A DNA stretch of 64,000 bases, taken from Octopus sinensis. Lineage: Eukaryota. A program made the position numbers and the translations under genes. The notes under the pieces are model-generated. The model was given only the letters and a program-made list of their open reading frames with translations. It made no database searches and was not told the origin of the DNA. Shown one piece after another: positions 40,454 to 55,787 of the stretch (within the stretch, counting starts at the first letter, position 1; each line of letters begins with the position of its first letter). The stretch lies in assembly GCF_006345805.1 (NCBI RefSeq), contig NC_043009.1, positions 66,836,001 through 66,900,000 on the forward strand, written 5' to 3'.

Positions 40454-40579
40454 GGAAGAGGAGAAGCGGTGTAGAGGAAAACATTTGGATATTTACCATC
40501 CTGCGGAAGATTTCATGCTGAGTGCCTATAGTAGAAAGTGGTAGTAGTAGTAGTAGTAGTAGTAGTAGTTGTTGTTGTT

Positions 40580-40615
<36 letters not shown>

Positions 40616-40689
40616 AGGCGGCGAGCTGGCAGAATCGTTAGCGCATAGAACACGAATTCTATAGCCGCCATTCTGATGATAGACCTCCG

Positions 40690-41520
40690 CCTATAGACTC
40701 CTGTGGTACCCAGCATTTTGTAGGCCCTGCAGAAGGGATATCCTGCAAACCGCTCTTCATTCTACCATAACAGGATTCTATCTTGCTTGCCGCCCGTTGT
40801 TTCGAAATAATCTCACCAACTCAGTATATTTCTTTCTCTTCCTGTCATTTGCGCACTATTTGCGATTCTCCTTGGAAATGGAGAGCACAAACAGAACAAC
40901 CTGCTTGGAAACTTCTGAGCGCAGCACATGTTTGGGCTTATCGATTTTGGCACGACAACTTCTGGGTCTTTCAGCTCCCTCTCTTGTGCTGTTGCTAGTT
41001 TGCCCGTGGAAGTGAACCTGCCACCTGGTGTTATCTTCACATCACCATTGACAAAACAAAGGCCTTTTCATTTGGGTGGAGTTGCCTGCAGCAGATGATA
41101 TCTACTATAACCTCAGGACCTGGTTATACGTCCAGTAGTAGCTCATACCCTGCCCTCAGAGGTTTTGAACAGCAACCAAAGATGTATTTCAAGACCCTCT
41201 CCTAAGTAATGGTTTTGAAGCACTTGTGCTAAGTTTGTGACTCCATCGTTACCCAGCAGAACAATTTAGGTGGACTCAGTAGGACGTCGTAACCGGCGTC
41301 AACCTGCTATTCAGCCGATGGGACTCCGTTCTGAAAAGCACAGGCCGTGAGTTTTTAAACAGAATCCCTGGAACAGCATCCAGACACTCTTGCTGCCGTC
41401 CTCCTTAATCGATGCTTGCACTTCTTTCCGAATCAATCACCTCCTGTCTTTTTTTTCAGCCACGTCGTAGCGAACGGCTGTGATGCTACAGAGGCCATCT
41501 CTTCAGTGGAGTACAACGCT
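40690..41520 (-). mobile_element. Decayed GC-richer insert, possibly a Tx1/L1 ORF1 remnant
   Basis: Multi-frameshift peptide with a degenerate knuckle-like segment RPRSCRAKIDKPKHV; family assignment is from recall only. Confidence 0.3.
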
Positions 41521-41549
41521 CACTAGCATGTGTTTGAGCCTGCACACAG

Positions 41550-41603
<54 letters not shown>

Positions 41604-41863
41604 GTTTGTGTGTGTGTATGTGTGTATGTGTGTGTGTATGCAGTTATATATAAACACAATTTAACATTAACCTGAAGAATTACACAATATTTTTAAGAGT
41701 GCATGTTTATTAAACATTTACAAGAAGAGAGGTGATAGTGACCTCGAAGTTACGGCCTCCCAGCTTTCGTCAGGCAATAATAACGCATGCGTACATACAT
41801 ACATAAATACATACATACATACACATATTCGTACGTACATACATACATACATATATACATATA

Positions 41864-42259
41864 TCTTTATATATAAAAGAGAGGTTGTGTGTCTGTCTCC
41901 TACGATTTAGATTCCTAACTACTCCCACATTTTGCGGTGCAGTTTAACCAAAACCGGGTATCTTATAGTCGTGATTCATATCGAGCCCTTCTGGGTATTA
42001 GCGCGCGTCTACGATGAGTCTACGATTTAAAAAAAACTTACCATCATTTTTTCCATTTTAATGCATTTTTTCGCTATTATATAAGGGAAGTAACTCTCTA
42101 AAAATGTCTACGATGAGTCAACGATTTAAAAAAAAATTTACCATCATCTTTTTTCCATTTTTAATGCATTTTTCTGCTATTTTTTGGCTATAACTCTCTA
42201 AAAATGCTTATATAGTTATTTCCCTTACAAACCCGAGCAACGCCGGGCGATACTGCTAG
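41864..42259 (+). mobile_element. Non-autonomous Helitron
   Basis: A|TCTTTATATATAAAAGAG start, CCCG-AGCAACGC-CGGG hairpin at 42232-42247, CTAG|T end, internal ~100-bp tandem duplication. Confidence 0.88.
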
Positions 42260-42479
42260 TATATATATATATATAGCTTGAAGAATTGTATATAAATATA
42301 TTTGTCAATCAATCATATTTTGATTTTTTCTTATTTTACTTTTGTATTCTTACAAATTTACAAATACTTTGATGCTTTATAAGAACCTTCGAGTAAATAC
42401 TTACGGCGTGAGGCAACAAACGTAGTTTCCGTTCAGAACAGATTTTTTTTTACGATGAATCAATGTAAAGACAAAATAC

Positions 42480-45400
42480 GAATCTATCGAAAGCCAAATT
42501 CTCGATAAAACATCAAAACTGAATACCGAGAACATAGCTGAGTAAATGTGAGAAATGGGGATAAGGGATATTTGAAAAGCGGAATACTAATCTCGGATTT
42601 TACGACAACGAAAACAATCCTTTCTCGCTGAATAAGCTGTAAATTACGGAAAATGCTTTCAACCACCATGAAATATAAGGAAGTGCCCCAATCAAAGAAA
42701 CCTGCACCAAAACGGATGGCAATAAAAACCAGTCGTGGAACCAACAGCAAACTGCGATAAAAACGTTTCATTATCACAAAATATGAGGAAACATAAAATT
42801 CACGTAACATACACGAAATGTGTAATTAACAAAAAAAAAACAGATCTAAAAGCACATCGCAAAATTTAAAATGAAAACCCTGAGGAGAAAATAGTCAGAA
42901 GGAGATCCTTTTCAAGATCTCGACAAAAATCAATTGTAGGAAACTGGGTGAAAAGCCATTCTAGACCCAGAAATAAATTCAGATTAATTCCCAAGTAGTT
43001 AGACATTGTTTTAAAAATAATATACTCAATATCAGAAACAGGACAGGGAAAGCAAAACGAGATCAAACGACCAAAATATGAAGTTCATCAAACAAACGTC
43101 AACAACAATAAAAATAACAAACAATTTTTTTTTAATATCAGGACAACAGACACCGGAGAAGAGAAGAATCTAGAGTTTTGAAACCATTTGAAAGGATGGA
43201 CTCTTAATTTATTGATTTATGAAACGGAATTCAGATAATGATGAATTTCGACTTGAGAAAGGGCTAACGCCAACAATCAACTATTAAGAAAAGATTCTGT
43301 CAGAGATTATAACTATTTGAGTTTTTCATCGATGGAAATAGGGAGACTGATGAATTCCTGATAAAGACCATATCAAATTTCACCCAACTAAAAATAAGAA
43401 GCACCCGTATATACCAGAACATTGATATCCTTTCTAAATTCCCGCTCAAGTATGATACTAGTGTCAAACCAAATCTTACCAAATGAAAAAGGTCTGCAAT
43501 TAAACGTCTCCAATAGTCATCAAACCAGCAGATAATGGTGGTGGTATTGTTATAATGGATTGAGATCTTGCTGAAGATCGGTTGAAGGATGGAACCTTTT
43601 ACTGTGAAATTCTTACAAATATAGATCACTGCATTAGGAAGTAGTTCAGTTATCTGGTTCCAAAACATCTTACCACGAATGAAAGTTACTGTATTACCAA
43701 TGCTGAACTAAAACCCTTACCAAAAATACATATGTGGAAGCGAATGTAAAAATGCAGTAAAGAAAGAAGGCAGTGAATACATAAAATTACTACAACGAAA
43801 AGATCTAAAAATTTGACCAATAAATTAGCTGGTTCGCATCTCCTTCTCATCATCAAAGCAATTTTGCTGACATCATTTTGAAACTACTATGTACCCTGAA
43901 TTTCGCTCGAGATGACATTGATTTCTTGTCTCATCTACCCCAAAATAACGGAACCGAATTCGTTGTTGATTAGTTTTGAGGTAAGTAGTCCCTACATAAA
44001 TAGCCCGAACGGTTTAGGATTAACAGTAATTAAATATTGGAGCAAAAAATCATAGAGAGGAGATTCCCAGGATATTCACCATAGATTTTATACAGGACAC
44101 CGTCAGACTTGAGCTTGAGAATTACACATTATTTCCGATGGAAAAAATTATCTTCAGATTAGATGCTCCACCTGTAAATGCAAACTCAGTATTAGCATAA
44201 TTAAAAGAAAAACTTTAGAAAGGCTAGAGGAAAACTTTGGCACTGATTTTAGAAGAGAGAAAGAGAGAGAGAGAAGGCATGGATAAGATATCTTGTCGAT
44301 TGTTTCCTAATTTGGACGAAATCTGTTGATACTTTAGAAGACTTCGGTGTCCATCTGAAAAATATACATTCGTAGAGGAGATGAGTAATACAAGTTTACC
44401 GTTTCTCGATGTAACGGTAGTTAAAATTGAATACCAGCGTCTCAGCGGACATATCTTATAATGACAAAGATGCACATCAGTACATGAAATTCAAATCATG
44501 CAAAGCGTGACATGCCATGCTGCCTTGTCAAGAAAGTTTGTTTTGTTGATGTAAATACGAGAGACAAACAACTCATAGAACTCAACGACATTATACATAA
44601 ATAATAATATCCATCCCAATTATAGAAATAGCATGCAGCATGCAAAACAAATGCCTATAGACTGACTTAAAGCAGCACAAGAAAGAGCTGCACTCGACCT
44701 GAATATTGTACCTTTTATAATAACACACAGTTCATGTCATCAATATATTTTCAACATTGACAGATCCAACTTATCTATTATTAAATGAAGTAACGGATGG
44801 AAATCTTTTATTGTTGGTCAAGCACTTTTCAAAGCAGAACTTGGAGCAATTGTAGACAGAGGCAAAATCTAATTTAAACAACAATGATGAAATGGTCTTG
44901 GTATCCAAATCCAAAGCCAATCATTGCGGTATAATCCATTTCACTGCACCAAATGCCTGAATTGCAAAAAGTATATATTATCAGACATATTACCTCGTTA
45001 ATGGAGTGCATACGAATACACCGGCAACAAATTAGGGGCTCTAGTGTCCGTCAGACCCCATTAAGCAGTCATTTAGTAACATGCGATAATAAAATGTTTT
45101 AATGTTTCTATTTTACAAACTTTACAGCTCAAATGAAGTCGGAAGAAGCGTAAAGGAGGAATTTTATTAAGTTCAAATCCGTTCTTAATGGACATTATTA
45201 GGAAGAATATTAATATTGAGTTGAATTAAATTTTACTCAAAAACTGTAGTAATATTGAGAGTAATATCAATTTGAATTTAATTTCATTTAAAAATAATTA
45301 AAACGAGACTACAGTTTGTCGTATCAGATATTTCTGAAAATATGATCATAGCCGAATCCTCAGTTAGTAATTCTGGCTGGTTAAAATATTTAAATAAATA

Positions 45401-45560
45401 AACGGTATCAACAGGGTTACCACATTACTCAAACCATCTGGTTAAAACAGCTTTCGTAAGCTTCGTCCTGTTGGAGCCTATCGAATGGTATTTAAAGGGA
45501 AAATTAAGTTATTTAACTACATTTGTCAAGTATGTTTGTTAATGTTGCGACAGAAATATT
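42480..45560 (+). mobile_element. Penelope-like element (RT + GIY-YIG), heavily decayed
   Basis: LEKG (~43250), PLPKIH (43714), RDDIDFLSHLPQ (43908), GKNYLQIR (~44145), MSNTSLPFLDVTVVK (44381), C-K-C-x-x-C-K-K-Y-I near 44945. Outer boundaries approximate. Confidence 0.82.
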
Positions 45561-46270
45561 TACCTGGAGATTGTTATAAATGCTGAAAGTATCTGTAAAA
45601 TTGTAAAAAAAAAAAAAAAAAAAAGAAAAAGAAATATGAAATGTGGAAATTGGACTATGTTGCAATTTCATAGACTGACGTAGAAAGATAGATAGAGAGA
45701 GAGGGTGGAGATGCATGGATAGAGAGAGGAGGAGTGAGAGAGAGACATAAAGACCTGTTCACTGGTGGACTGTTCTCTTTTTTGAGGATAGTAGACGGTT
45801 GAGCATATGTTCGTCTCTCTTTTTTAATCTGCAGTTTTGTAAAGCCATGTTGTATTAAACGGCCATTCTGTAAAAGATCTCTCTTCGTTGGAGTAGAAGT
45901 AATAGACTTTTCTGCTAATGTTGCTGATCAGAATTTTTAAAATTTTAGTTCAATGACAGGATATAGAATTAATGTAAGTCATTTGCAGATAGAGTTTGTT
46001 ATAGGGGTTAATTATTTTAAGGGTTCAAATTAAAGACAATATCTAAGACGTTCACAATTCTGACGTTGCTGGCTATTATTTATTTTTGCGATGAGGGCGT
46101 CGAAGGTGCATATAAGAACTTTACGAAATGTATATAATGCGTACCTCGTACCGTACTCGCACAGTAACGTCTATTTAAGACCTAATACACCACTTCAAAA
46201 TAATTGACACATCATTACCATCACCACCACCATCATCGTCATGATCATCGCCATAATAATAATAATAATA

Positions 46271-46323
<53 letters not shown>

Positions 46324-46324
<1 letters not shown>

Positions 46325-46615
46325 AGGTACTGAAAAAAAAGGTACTGAAACCTATTTGAAAATGATACCAGGCTTACCCTCCCGACAGGAAATGCAAAGA
46401 ATCGTGTTAAATGGAACGGCTCATGCACTGAGAAGAGCACTATCGCTGTGAAAACAACATCCATTCATGAATTTATTTATTCATTAATTTTTTAAATCCG
46501 TATTTTACCTGTGAATTTGCATGTGTAATCTGTGAATGCATACAATGAGCTTCTCTGCCCTAGGTGTACGGAAAACACTCGGCGAGAAACGTTAAGAAAA
46601 TTTGAGGAAAGAAGA

Positions 46616-46616
<1 letters not shown>
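46324..46616 (+). mobile_element. R4/Dong-like 3' end (family 3)
   Basis: KGTETYLKMIPGLPSRQEMQRIVLNGTAHALRRALSL*, then a 3' UTR running into (AAT)n. Confidence 0.82.
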
Positions 46617-46667
<51 letters not shown>

Positions 46668-46693
46668 GTAATAATAATAATAATAATAATATG

Positions 46694-47241
46694 ATGCACT
46701 ACCAGGCAGTGGCTCTCATGGCTTCTGATCTTAACTGATTGCAAGTGTTATCATGTACATTGTTTTGTCTTGGTATAAAAGATGGGCTACAGCAAATATT
46801 CTGCTCAATACCACAGATTTGCTTGTCAGGTGTTTGACCTTACCAGTTGAGCATTTCCCTTAGTGGCTGACGATATGTGCATCTCTGATCACGAGCAGAA
46901 GTAGTGGGGGAGCATCATAGCCATGTGTTGAGAGGGATTCTTTGGGGTTTGAATAATTCACCTCTGGAAACATGGGTGGTTCTTTCAACATCCTTAAACA
47001 ATCCTTATTCAGGGACCTTTTGAGCGGGATGGGCTACTCAACCTGAAGAAAATTCTAACTGGGCCCCACCCGCAAGGTCATGTGCTGTTTATCTTGATAT
47101 GAGATCACCATGTCGCGCACATATGGTTGTGATGCATGTGCCTGATGTACCTTTATCAGACGGGTAGTCATGATGGGTATATTGGGCTTCGTATATTTTA
47201 CCCCAGTGTCACTTTGATGGCATGAACTGCTCTCTCACTCA
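46694..47241 (+). mobile_element. ~550-bp non-coding repeat flanked by (AAT)n on both sides
   Basis: Three copies in the window share the same 3' end at the (AAT)n junction. Probably a LINE 3' UTR (inference). Confidence 0.85.
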
Positions 47242-47310
<69 letters not shown>

Positions 47311-47588
47311 TTAGTAATAGTAATAATGATAATTACTATTGCTGTTGTTGTTATTGTTGTTGTTGTTATTGTTGTTATCATTATTACTATTATTACTATT
47401 ATCAGAAAAAGAAAATTTTTTATGATGATTATAACCAGCATTGTCATCGGCATTATCATAATCATAGCATCAGACAATTGCCTGTTTTCATCATCAACAT
47501 CATCACCATCACTACCTTCAGCATCATAGTCATCGTCGAGGTCGTCGTAATAATAATAATAATGATGATGATGATGATGATGATAATG

Positions 47589-47636
<48 letters not shown>

Positions 47637-47859
47637 TAATAATAATAATAATAATAATAATATAATAATATAATAATCATAACAACAACAACAACAATAA
47701 TAATATAATAATAATAATAATGATAATAGTAATAATATTAATGATAATGATAATAATAATAATAATAATAATAAAATAATGAATGATAATAATGATCATA
47801 ATAATAATAATAATAACAACAACCAACAACAACAACAACAACCAAACAACAACAACAAC

Positions 47860-47938
<79 letters not shown>

Positions 47939-48015
47939 TAATAATAATAATAATAACAACAACAACAACAATAATAATAATAATAATAATATAATAATGA
48001 TAATAGTAATAATAT

Positions 48016-48048
<33 letters not shown>

Positions 48049-48079
48049 AATAATAATAATGATAATAATAATAATAATG

Positions 48080-48116
<37 letters not shown>

Positions 48117-48130
48117 TAATAATAATAATG

Positions 48131-48163
<33 letters not shown>

Positions 48164-48233
48164 TATAATAATGATAATAATAATAATGATAATAATAATA
48201 ATAATGATAATAGTAATAATATTAATGATAATG

Positions 48234-48267
<34 letters not shown>

Positions 48268-48293
48268 TAATAGTAATAATATTAATGATAATG

Positions 48294-48327
<34 letters not shown>

Positions 48328-48420
48328 TAATAGTAATAATATTAATGATAATGATAATAATAATGATAATAATAATATCATAATGATAATAATAATAATA
48401 ATAATGATAATGATGATGCA
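47242..48420. repeat. ~1.2 kb (AAT/GAT/AAC)n array with insertions
   Basis: Direct reading. Confidence 0.97.
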
Positions 48421-48930
48421 TTGATTGTTATACATATGCAGACAGACATATTCACGTACTAAAATCACCGATATTATCTAATGTAGGTGTTGCTGTTATT
48501 GTTGTTGTAGTTGTATTCTCTTCCATATTGTTTTTACTGTTGCTGTTGTTGTTGTTATTCTCATAATCGCATAATCACTTTTTGAAGCGCCGCCATTAAA
48601 ACTGAGTGCAACCAACAGACTTCTTTACTTTTTTTTATGTTCGTTTGTCGTTGCTCCAACAATGCAATGGTAGGAACTATAGTCGTTGTTATTGTTGTTG
48701 CTGTCTTTATTGTTACTACTGTTGTTGTTGTTGTTGTTGTTGTCGTTGTTAGTCCAGTTGTTTATTACATCCTATATTATCTGTTGCTAGGTTAGTCCAA
48801 TTCACACAGAAGAAACTAAAACAAAAAGTTCGTTCGCCATATTGTTTTGCAACTTTAACCTCGCTCTAAATATTTTCCCCTTGAAACGCACAGACGCACT
48901 CCCACACACAGACGCACACACACACACGCA

Positions 48931-48981
<51 letters not shown>

Positions 48982-49085
48982 GCAAACACGTACAGGCACA
49001 AACTCAGAGACTATACAACCGTTAACCTGACACACTGAGCGGGTGCAGTATACAGACAGGCCTTATGTGTATGTGTGTGTATAGG

Positions 49086-49119
<34 letters not shown>

Positions 49120-49289
49120 CAAACACATATATATATATATACAAACACATATATATACATCTATATACACACACATACATAAATATATATATACAAACAC
49201 ACATATATATACATGTATATATACACACGTATACATATATATGTATATGTATCTATGTATTCAAAGAGATAGATAGACAGAGAGATATA

Positions 49290-49520
<231 letters not shown>

Positions 49521-50274
49521 ACGTATATATTTATAAATATATAGACACATGTATACAACACACACATATACAAATACCACGTGATCTCGTGATCATGTGA
49601 TCGACTAGACTACCAGATATTGTTATACATCGCTGATGATAATGTGCTCTGCATCGTTTCAGCTTTCAATTGATGCCGCCCTTGAAAATCATCTTTATCG
49701 CCATTTATTCAGTTACGTACACAAAAACACTCGTGCACACACATTCTCATATTATGCAAGCTCTCTCGCTAACGCACAAGTATTTCAATCAACTTTGATC
49801 ATTCAGACAATTAGCAGAGAAGACAAAGCCTCCTACAGACGTTATTAAAACCTAACAGCAGTCAAGGGACATAACTCCTATAGGATTGATTCATTGACGA
49901 TGGAGAGAATGCAGAGCAGACTGGATCTGGATTTTAAACCCGGATGTTGAAAGCAACGGAAATGTTTCGGTCTTAATTAACGGAACTACATCTTGTTCCG
50001 GACACAGCACCAAAATTGCGCAAAGACTCTGTGTGGGAGGGGGGTCTTTGTGCGTATGTGTGTGTGTGAGTATGTGTGTGTGTGAGTATGTGTGTGTGTT
50101 ATTTGTGTGTGAGCGTGTCTTTGTGCCTCTGTGTGTGTGTGCGTGTCTTTGTGTGTGTGTGTATATGTGTGTGTGTTTTTGTGAGTGAGCGTGTCTCTGT
50201 TCCTGTGTGTGTGTGTTTTGTGTGTGTTTTGTGTGTGTGTGTGTGTATGTTTTGTGTGTGAGCGTGTCTCTGCC

Positions 50275-50331
<57 letters not shown>

Positions 50332-50335
50332 ATAA

Positions 50336-50630
50336 GAGGGTCCATGGCCTACTGGCTAGCATGCTGCACTCATGGTTGCTAGATCGTGGTTTCAATTCCC
50401 AGTCTGGGTGGCACGTTGCGTTCTTGAGCAAAACACTTCATTCCATTTTGTTCCAGTCCACTCACCCGTAAATGGTCAACCCTGTGACAGAATATCCTTC
50501 CGATTAGGGGGGAATATGGGTCTGCTCGCATGACCAGTGGGGCGGCATCATTCAAAAGTTAAAACAATGCCAAGTGCATTGTGACCAGTGATGTATAACA
50601 ACATTTGACAGTCTGGTCGATCACGTGATC
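50336..50630 (+). mobile_element. SINE group C
   Basis: Homologous to 12765-13049; ends ..GTCTGGTCGATCACGTGATC. Confidence 0.82.
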
Positions 50631-53133
50631 GAATATGTGTATGTGTGCGTTTGTAAATGCGTGTGTATACATACACACACACACGCACACACACACACAC
50701 ACATATATATATATGCATACATACACACATACATACACAGACATGCATACATACACATACACACATACATACATACATACACATATACACACATATATTT
50801 ACATACATACATACACACACATACATACACACATTCACACACACATGCATACACACATACATACACACACACATGCACACACACTCGTACTCACACCTAT
50901 ACACACACAAACATACACATACACACACACATACATACATACACACACGCATACACACACAGACATACATACACACACGCATACACACACAGACATACAT
51001 ACACACATACATACACACACACATACATACACACACACATACATGCACACATACATACATACATACACACACATGCATACACACATACACACATACACAT
51101 ACACACACACACATATATATACATGCATACATACATATATAGAGAGCACGAGTGAGAGACACACACACACACACTCGCACCCACACCTATACACACAAAT
51201 ACACAAAAGTACCCAACGTTAATTGGGTGTTGAATATGTTTAATATTTTTGCTTATATCGTAACTTTCCTCGAGTTTTTTCATGTTTCTCCTTTTTCTAC
51301 GCGATTCTATGATTTCCTGATACTTTTACTGCATCGCAGATACGCGTCTTCAGTAAAATTTTTCGAGACTTTTACGAGATGTGAAGCCTTTGAGTTTGTG
51401 TTTACTGAAAATTTGTGACTTATAGAAATACCATATTTTACTGTACATAATTTTTGCATTTCTAAATTGATATACACCATGAAATATAAATAGGTTTAAT
51501 AAATATGTGTTATAGTCATCAAACGCTCGTGGGTAGACAACATAACTTGCTCTCGGTTTGGTGATCAGAGGAAAAGTCGTCTGCTCGGCCAAATATGTGA
51601 GTATGGAACAAAAAACGGCGAATGCGAAACGTAAGTTAGTCAATTCAACTCCAGCTTTGAGGCCTTGTTCCAGACACATGATGGTCGTAGAAAAGTAGTA
51701 TCACTAAAAACTGTCATACATTCCAATCAAGGCTCGAAAAATGCAAGCTTAACAGATAAAACATGATGATCTGGTACTGAGAAATGAAATCCTGCCCGTT
51801 ACTTGATATCAGTCGCTCTGCAGACGTTATTATAATGATTAGTGAAACAGAAAAACATCTCTTCCGAACTGATGAAAAATATGGACTTATTCCTTACGGA
51901 CTGCAGCTTTTGATTTCTACCATTCAATATTTGAGCAATTGGATATGTGACTCACAGCCTCGCTAAAAATCTTGAGATGATGGCTTTCACAACATCAGAA
52001 ACAACACGTCTGTTGAAAAGATTACAGCTCCATGTCGTGCTAACGATTCTCGTAGCTCACCGCCTCAACCCACAGCTAATATTAACATCAAAAAATATAT
52101 TTCACAACAATTTGCATCTGTACCAACTTTGCAAATAGCCAACTCAGCAATTTGTGACTCAAAAACTCAGTACAGTACTTAGCAGATGACTTCATCGAAA
52201 GCAGCAACACCACCAAAATCCATATCTGTCTAAGGAATGGCACTTTAAATCTGAAGCTCCACCAATATTTCCTGTCACTTAGAAGCATCAATAAAAAAGG
52301 CAGGTACCAGCGTGGCCAAATACGTTTGTTTGATGAAGAACCAAATGTCAGATATTGTATGAAGTGGAAGACAGCACAAAAACATACGAAGAATATGGAA
52401 CACAGAAAGCTTGGTCATTGTGCTCCACTTCGAGATAGATAACCAAATTATAATCTGAACTAATTCTCTTCTCATACACAGACCAAAAATTTACCTAATA
52501 AAGAATTTGAACATAAAATAAGCTGTAATCTACGATGCAACAGAAACTTTCGTCACATTTCTTGTTAATCTTTTTCGCAATTTTACCACAAATTATTTCT
52601 TTGCACAGTTTTTGGGTGGGGTGGGGTGGGGGATATTTGTGACAATATACACGTATGTCTGCCTCCATGTTGTGGCGTTTGTTTAATTTCATAGATCTTT
52701 ATCGAAGCAATTCTGTCATAATTTTTGAATGCTGCTTCAATTTCGAATCCTGAATTTTTAAATGCTGTACTTTTATTAGAGCCTTGTAATTCAGTAATTG
52801 TGTAATTTTGCATTGTATACCTTTTCAATTTTGTATTCCTGTATTTATTTATCCTCATAATATTTTTTTATATTTCAGTTTTCCCTATTTCATAGTTATC
52901 TATTTTGCAATTTTCCAATTTTCCAATTTTGAAACTTTCTAACTCTGCAATTTTCTAAGGTTGTATTTTTGTACTTCTGCTAATTTCTAATTTTGAATTT
53001 CGTGTATAAATAATTTCTGTAATTTCCATGGTTTTGCTTAAATTCTGCCTCAACTTCGCACATTTGTACTTTATTTTTGCACAATCGTGCATTTATAATG
53101 CAAGCAATGCATGTATCCCGTACACACCTCTTT

Positions 53134-53561
<428 letters not shown>

Positions 53562-54167
53562 GCATATATATATATGTGTATATATATATATATATATTGT
53601 GTGTGTGTGTGTGTGTGTGTGTGTATCGGTGGGTGGGTGGTTGTGTGTGTAAATATGTGCATATTTTGCGTAAGTTGAGAAACGGTGACGAGTGAAAAGT
53701 TTTCACCATATAAGCTCCACGCCCATTCTTTCCGTTGGAACCTTATATGTCCAAAGCAGACTATTTTATATTGAGAAACACAGTGAAAACTTACAAATAA
53801 CATCTATAACTTTTCTCGACTGATCATTATACCAATTGAGTAACGAACCTATACTGACTACCGGAAACAGCTGTAAGCCAGATTTACTTCTATAAAAGAA
53901 AAATATGTAATCACCATTATTTATACCTCGTCTTGTTTGTATATCATTCTGCGTAAAGACCAGTGTAACTGGAGCGCAACCACGGATTTACAATATAGAA
54001 TGGTGATGAACCATAACGTTGGACCCTGACACAAGAATATCAGGAGTTCTTCACTAATCTAAACAATATTGATAGACTGGTCTGCTAATAGAGAGATTAT
54101 GGAGTATTTTACCCGGGTTGATAATCGTTCAGTAATAAGTCTGTTGTATACATACATACATACATAC

Positions 54168-54241
<74 letters not shown>

Positions 54242-55123
54242 ATATTGATATGATATGTAGTGTTTACGTGTGTTATATATGAGTATGTGCCACAAAGAAC
54301 TAATATTAAACATTCACAGAAGATAAAAAGTAACGATAGTTTCAAACTTGCAAGGATTCCCGTCCGTATTACAAGAATTAAGCAAAGCCACAAGACACAT
54401 GCTGTATTCAACACCAGACCAACAGGCCGTAAAAGATGTTTGCATTAAATCCCTTTCTCAGATTCCATTCTTCACACCCCAGTAGACGACATGCAGTTTT
54501 TGCTTACAAGGCGAAACGGTTCCAAATCGCATCAATAAAGATTCATCACTTACATAAATATCATTTGTCTAAAATATTCTTCAATCTTGGGGGGGGGTTC
54601 TTGTTTTTTTTTGTTTTTTGATGTTTTTTCTTTGCCGTTGCTTAGGCACATGTAAAGCCAAATAGGCCTTTATTAAGATTATTTTCGGAGTCAGCAGATC
54701 GGAATCCGAATGATGAGGAGAGTCGATGTGAACGAGATTCTAAATTCTTCATTCACTGAGAACCAGGAGTAAAAATTGAGAGTAGCAACTGACACAGACT
54801 CAGCTCAGAATATGTATTGCTACTCCATTCGACTTCAATAACATTAACAACTTTTTCCCTCAATTGCAATTTACAAATGTACGCATTGCGTACACATATA
54901 CCTACATACATAAATACATACATTCTTACATATATATATAATATATATATATATTATATATATATATATAATATATATATATATTAATATATACATGCCT
55001 AAGTATGTATATACATATATTATATATATATACATATATATCTGTGTGTATATATATATATTATATATGTATATACATATATGTATATATAATAACATAT
55101 ATATATGTATATATATACATATA

Positions 55124-55162
<39 letters not shown>

Positions 55163-55293
55163 CATATATAATATATATACATGTATGTATATATATATAC
55201 ATATATATGTGTGTGTATATATATATCTATATATATATATATATATATATTATATGTTAACAACTTTTTCCCTCAACTACAATTTACAAATGT

Positions 55294-55325
<32 letters not shown>

Positions 55326-55749
55326 ATGTCTAAGTATCTATATACATATATGTACATAAATATATATATATATATATGCATGCATATATGTGTGTGCGTG
55401 CGTGTGTATGAGAATGTGTATGTGTGTATAAAAGTTGCCTTTATCATCATTATTATTATTATCATTATGTAATACTAAATATTATTATTTATATATATGT
55501 GTGTGTATGTATGCAGATGTGGGTACGCGTATGTGCGCGTGCGCCTACATGCGTGTGTGTGCTTACGCTTGTGTGTACGTTTTTATCCAATCCCGAATTT
55601 TGAAGAAAACAAAAACACAGACATTTTTCTTATTTAATAATTTCTCTTTATTTAATTTTGTTCATTTTTGGTTTTTGTTTTCTTTTGTTTGTTTGTTATG
55701 TTTTTTTACTGCGAAGGAAAATTAAAATTTTCAGTATTTTAAATGAATC

Positions 55750-55752
55750 GAA

Positions 55753-55787
<35 letters not shown>

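Noticed and set aside
45440-45480. Possible hammerhead at the Penelope 3' end (minus AGGACGA..GAAAGCTG); also GAAACGTA at ~51626
   Set aside because: The core and stems are too degraded, or CUGANGA is absent.
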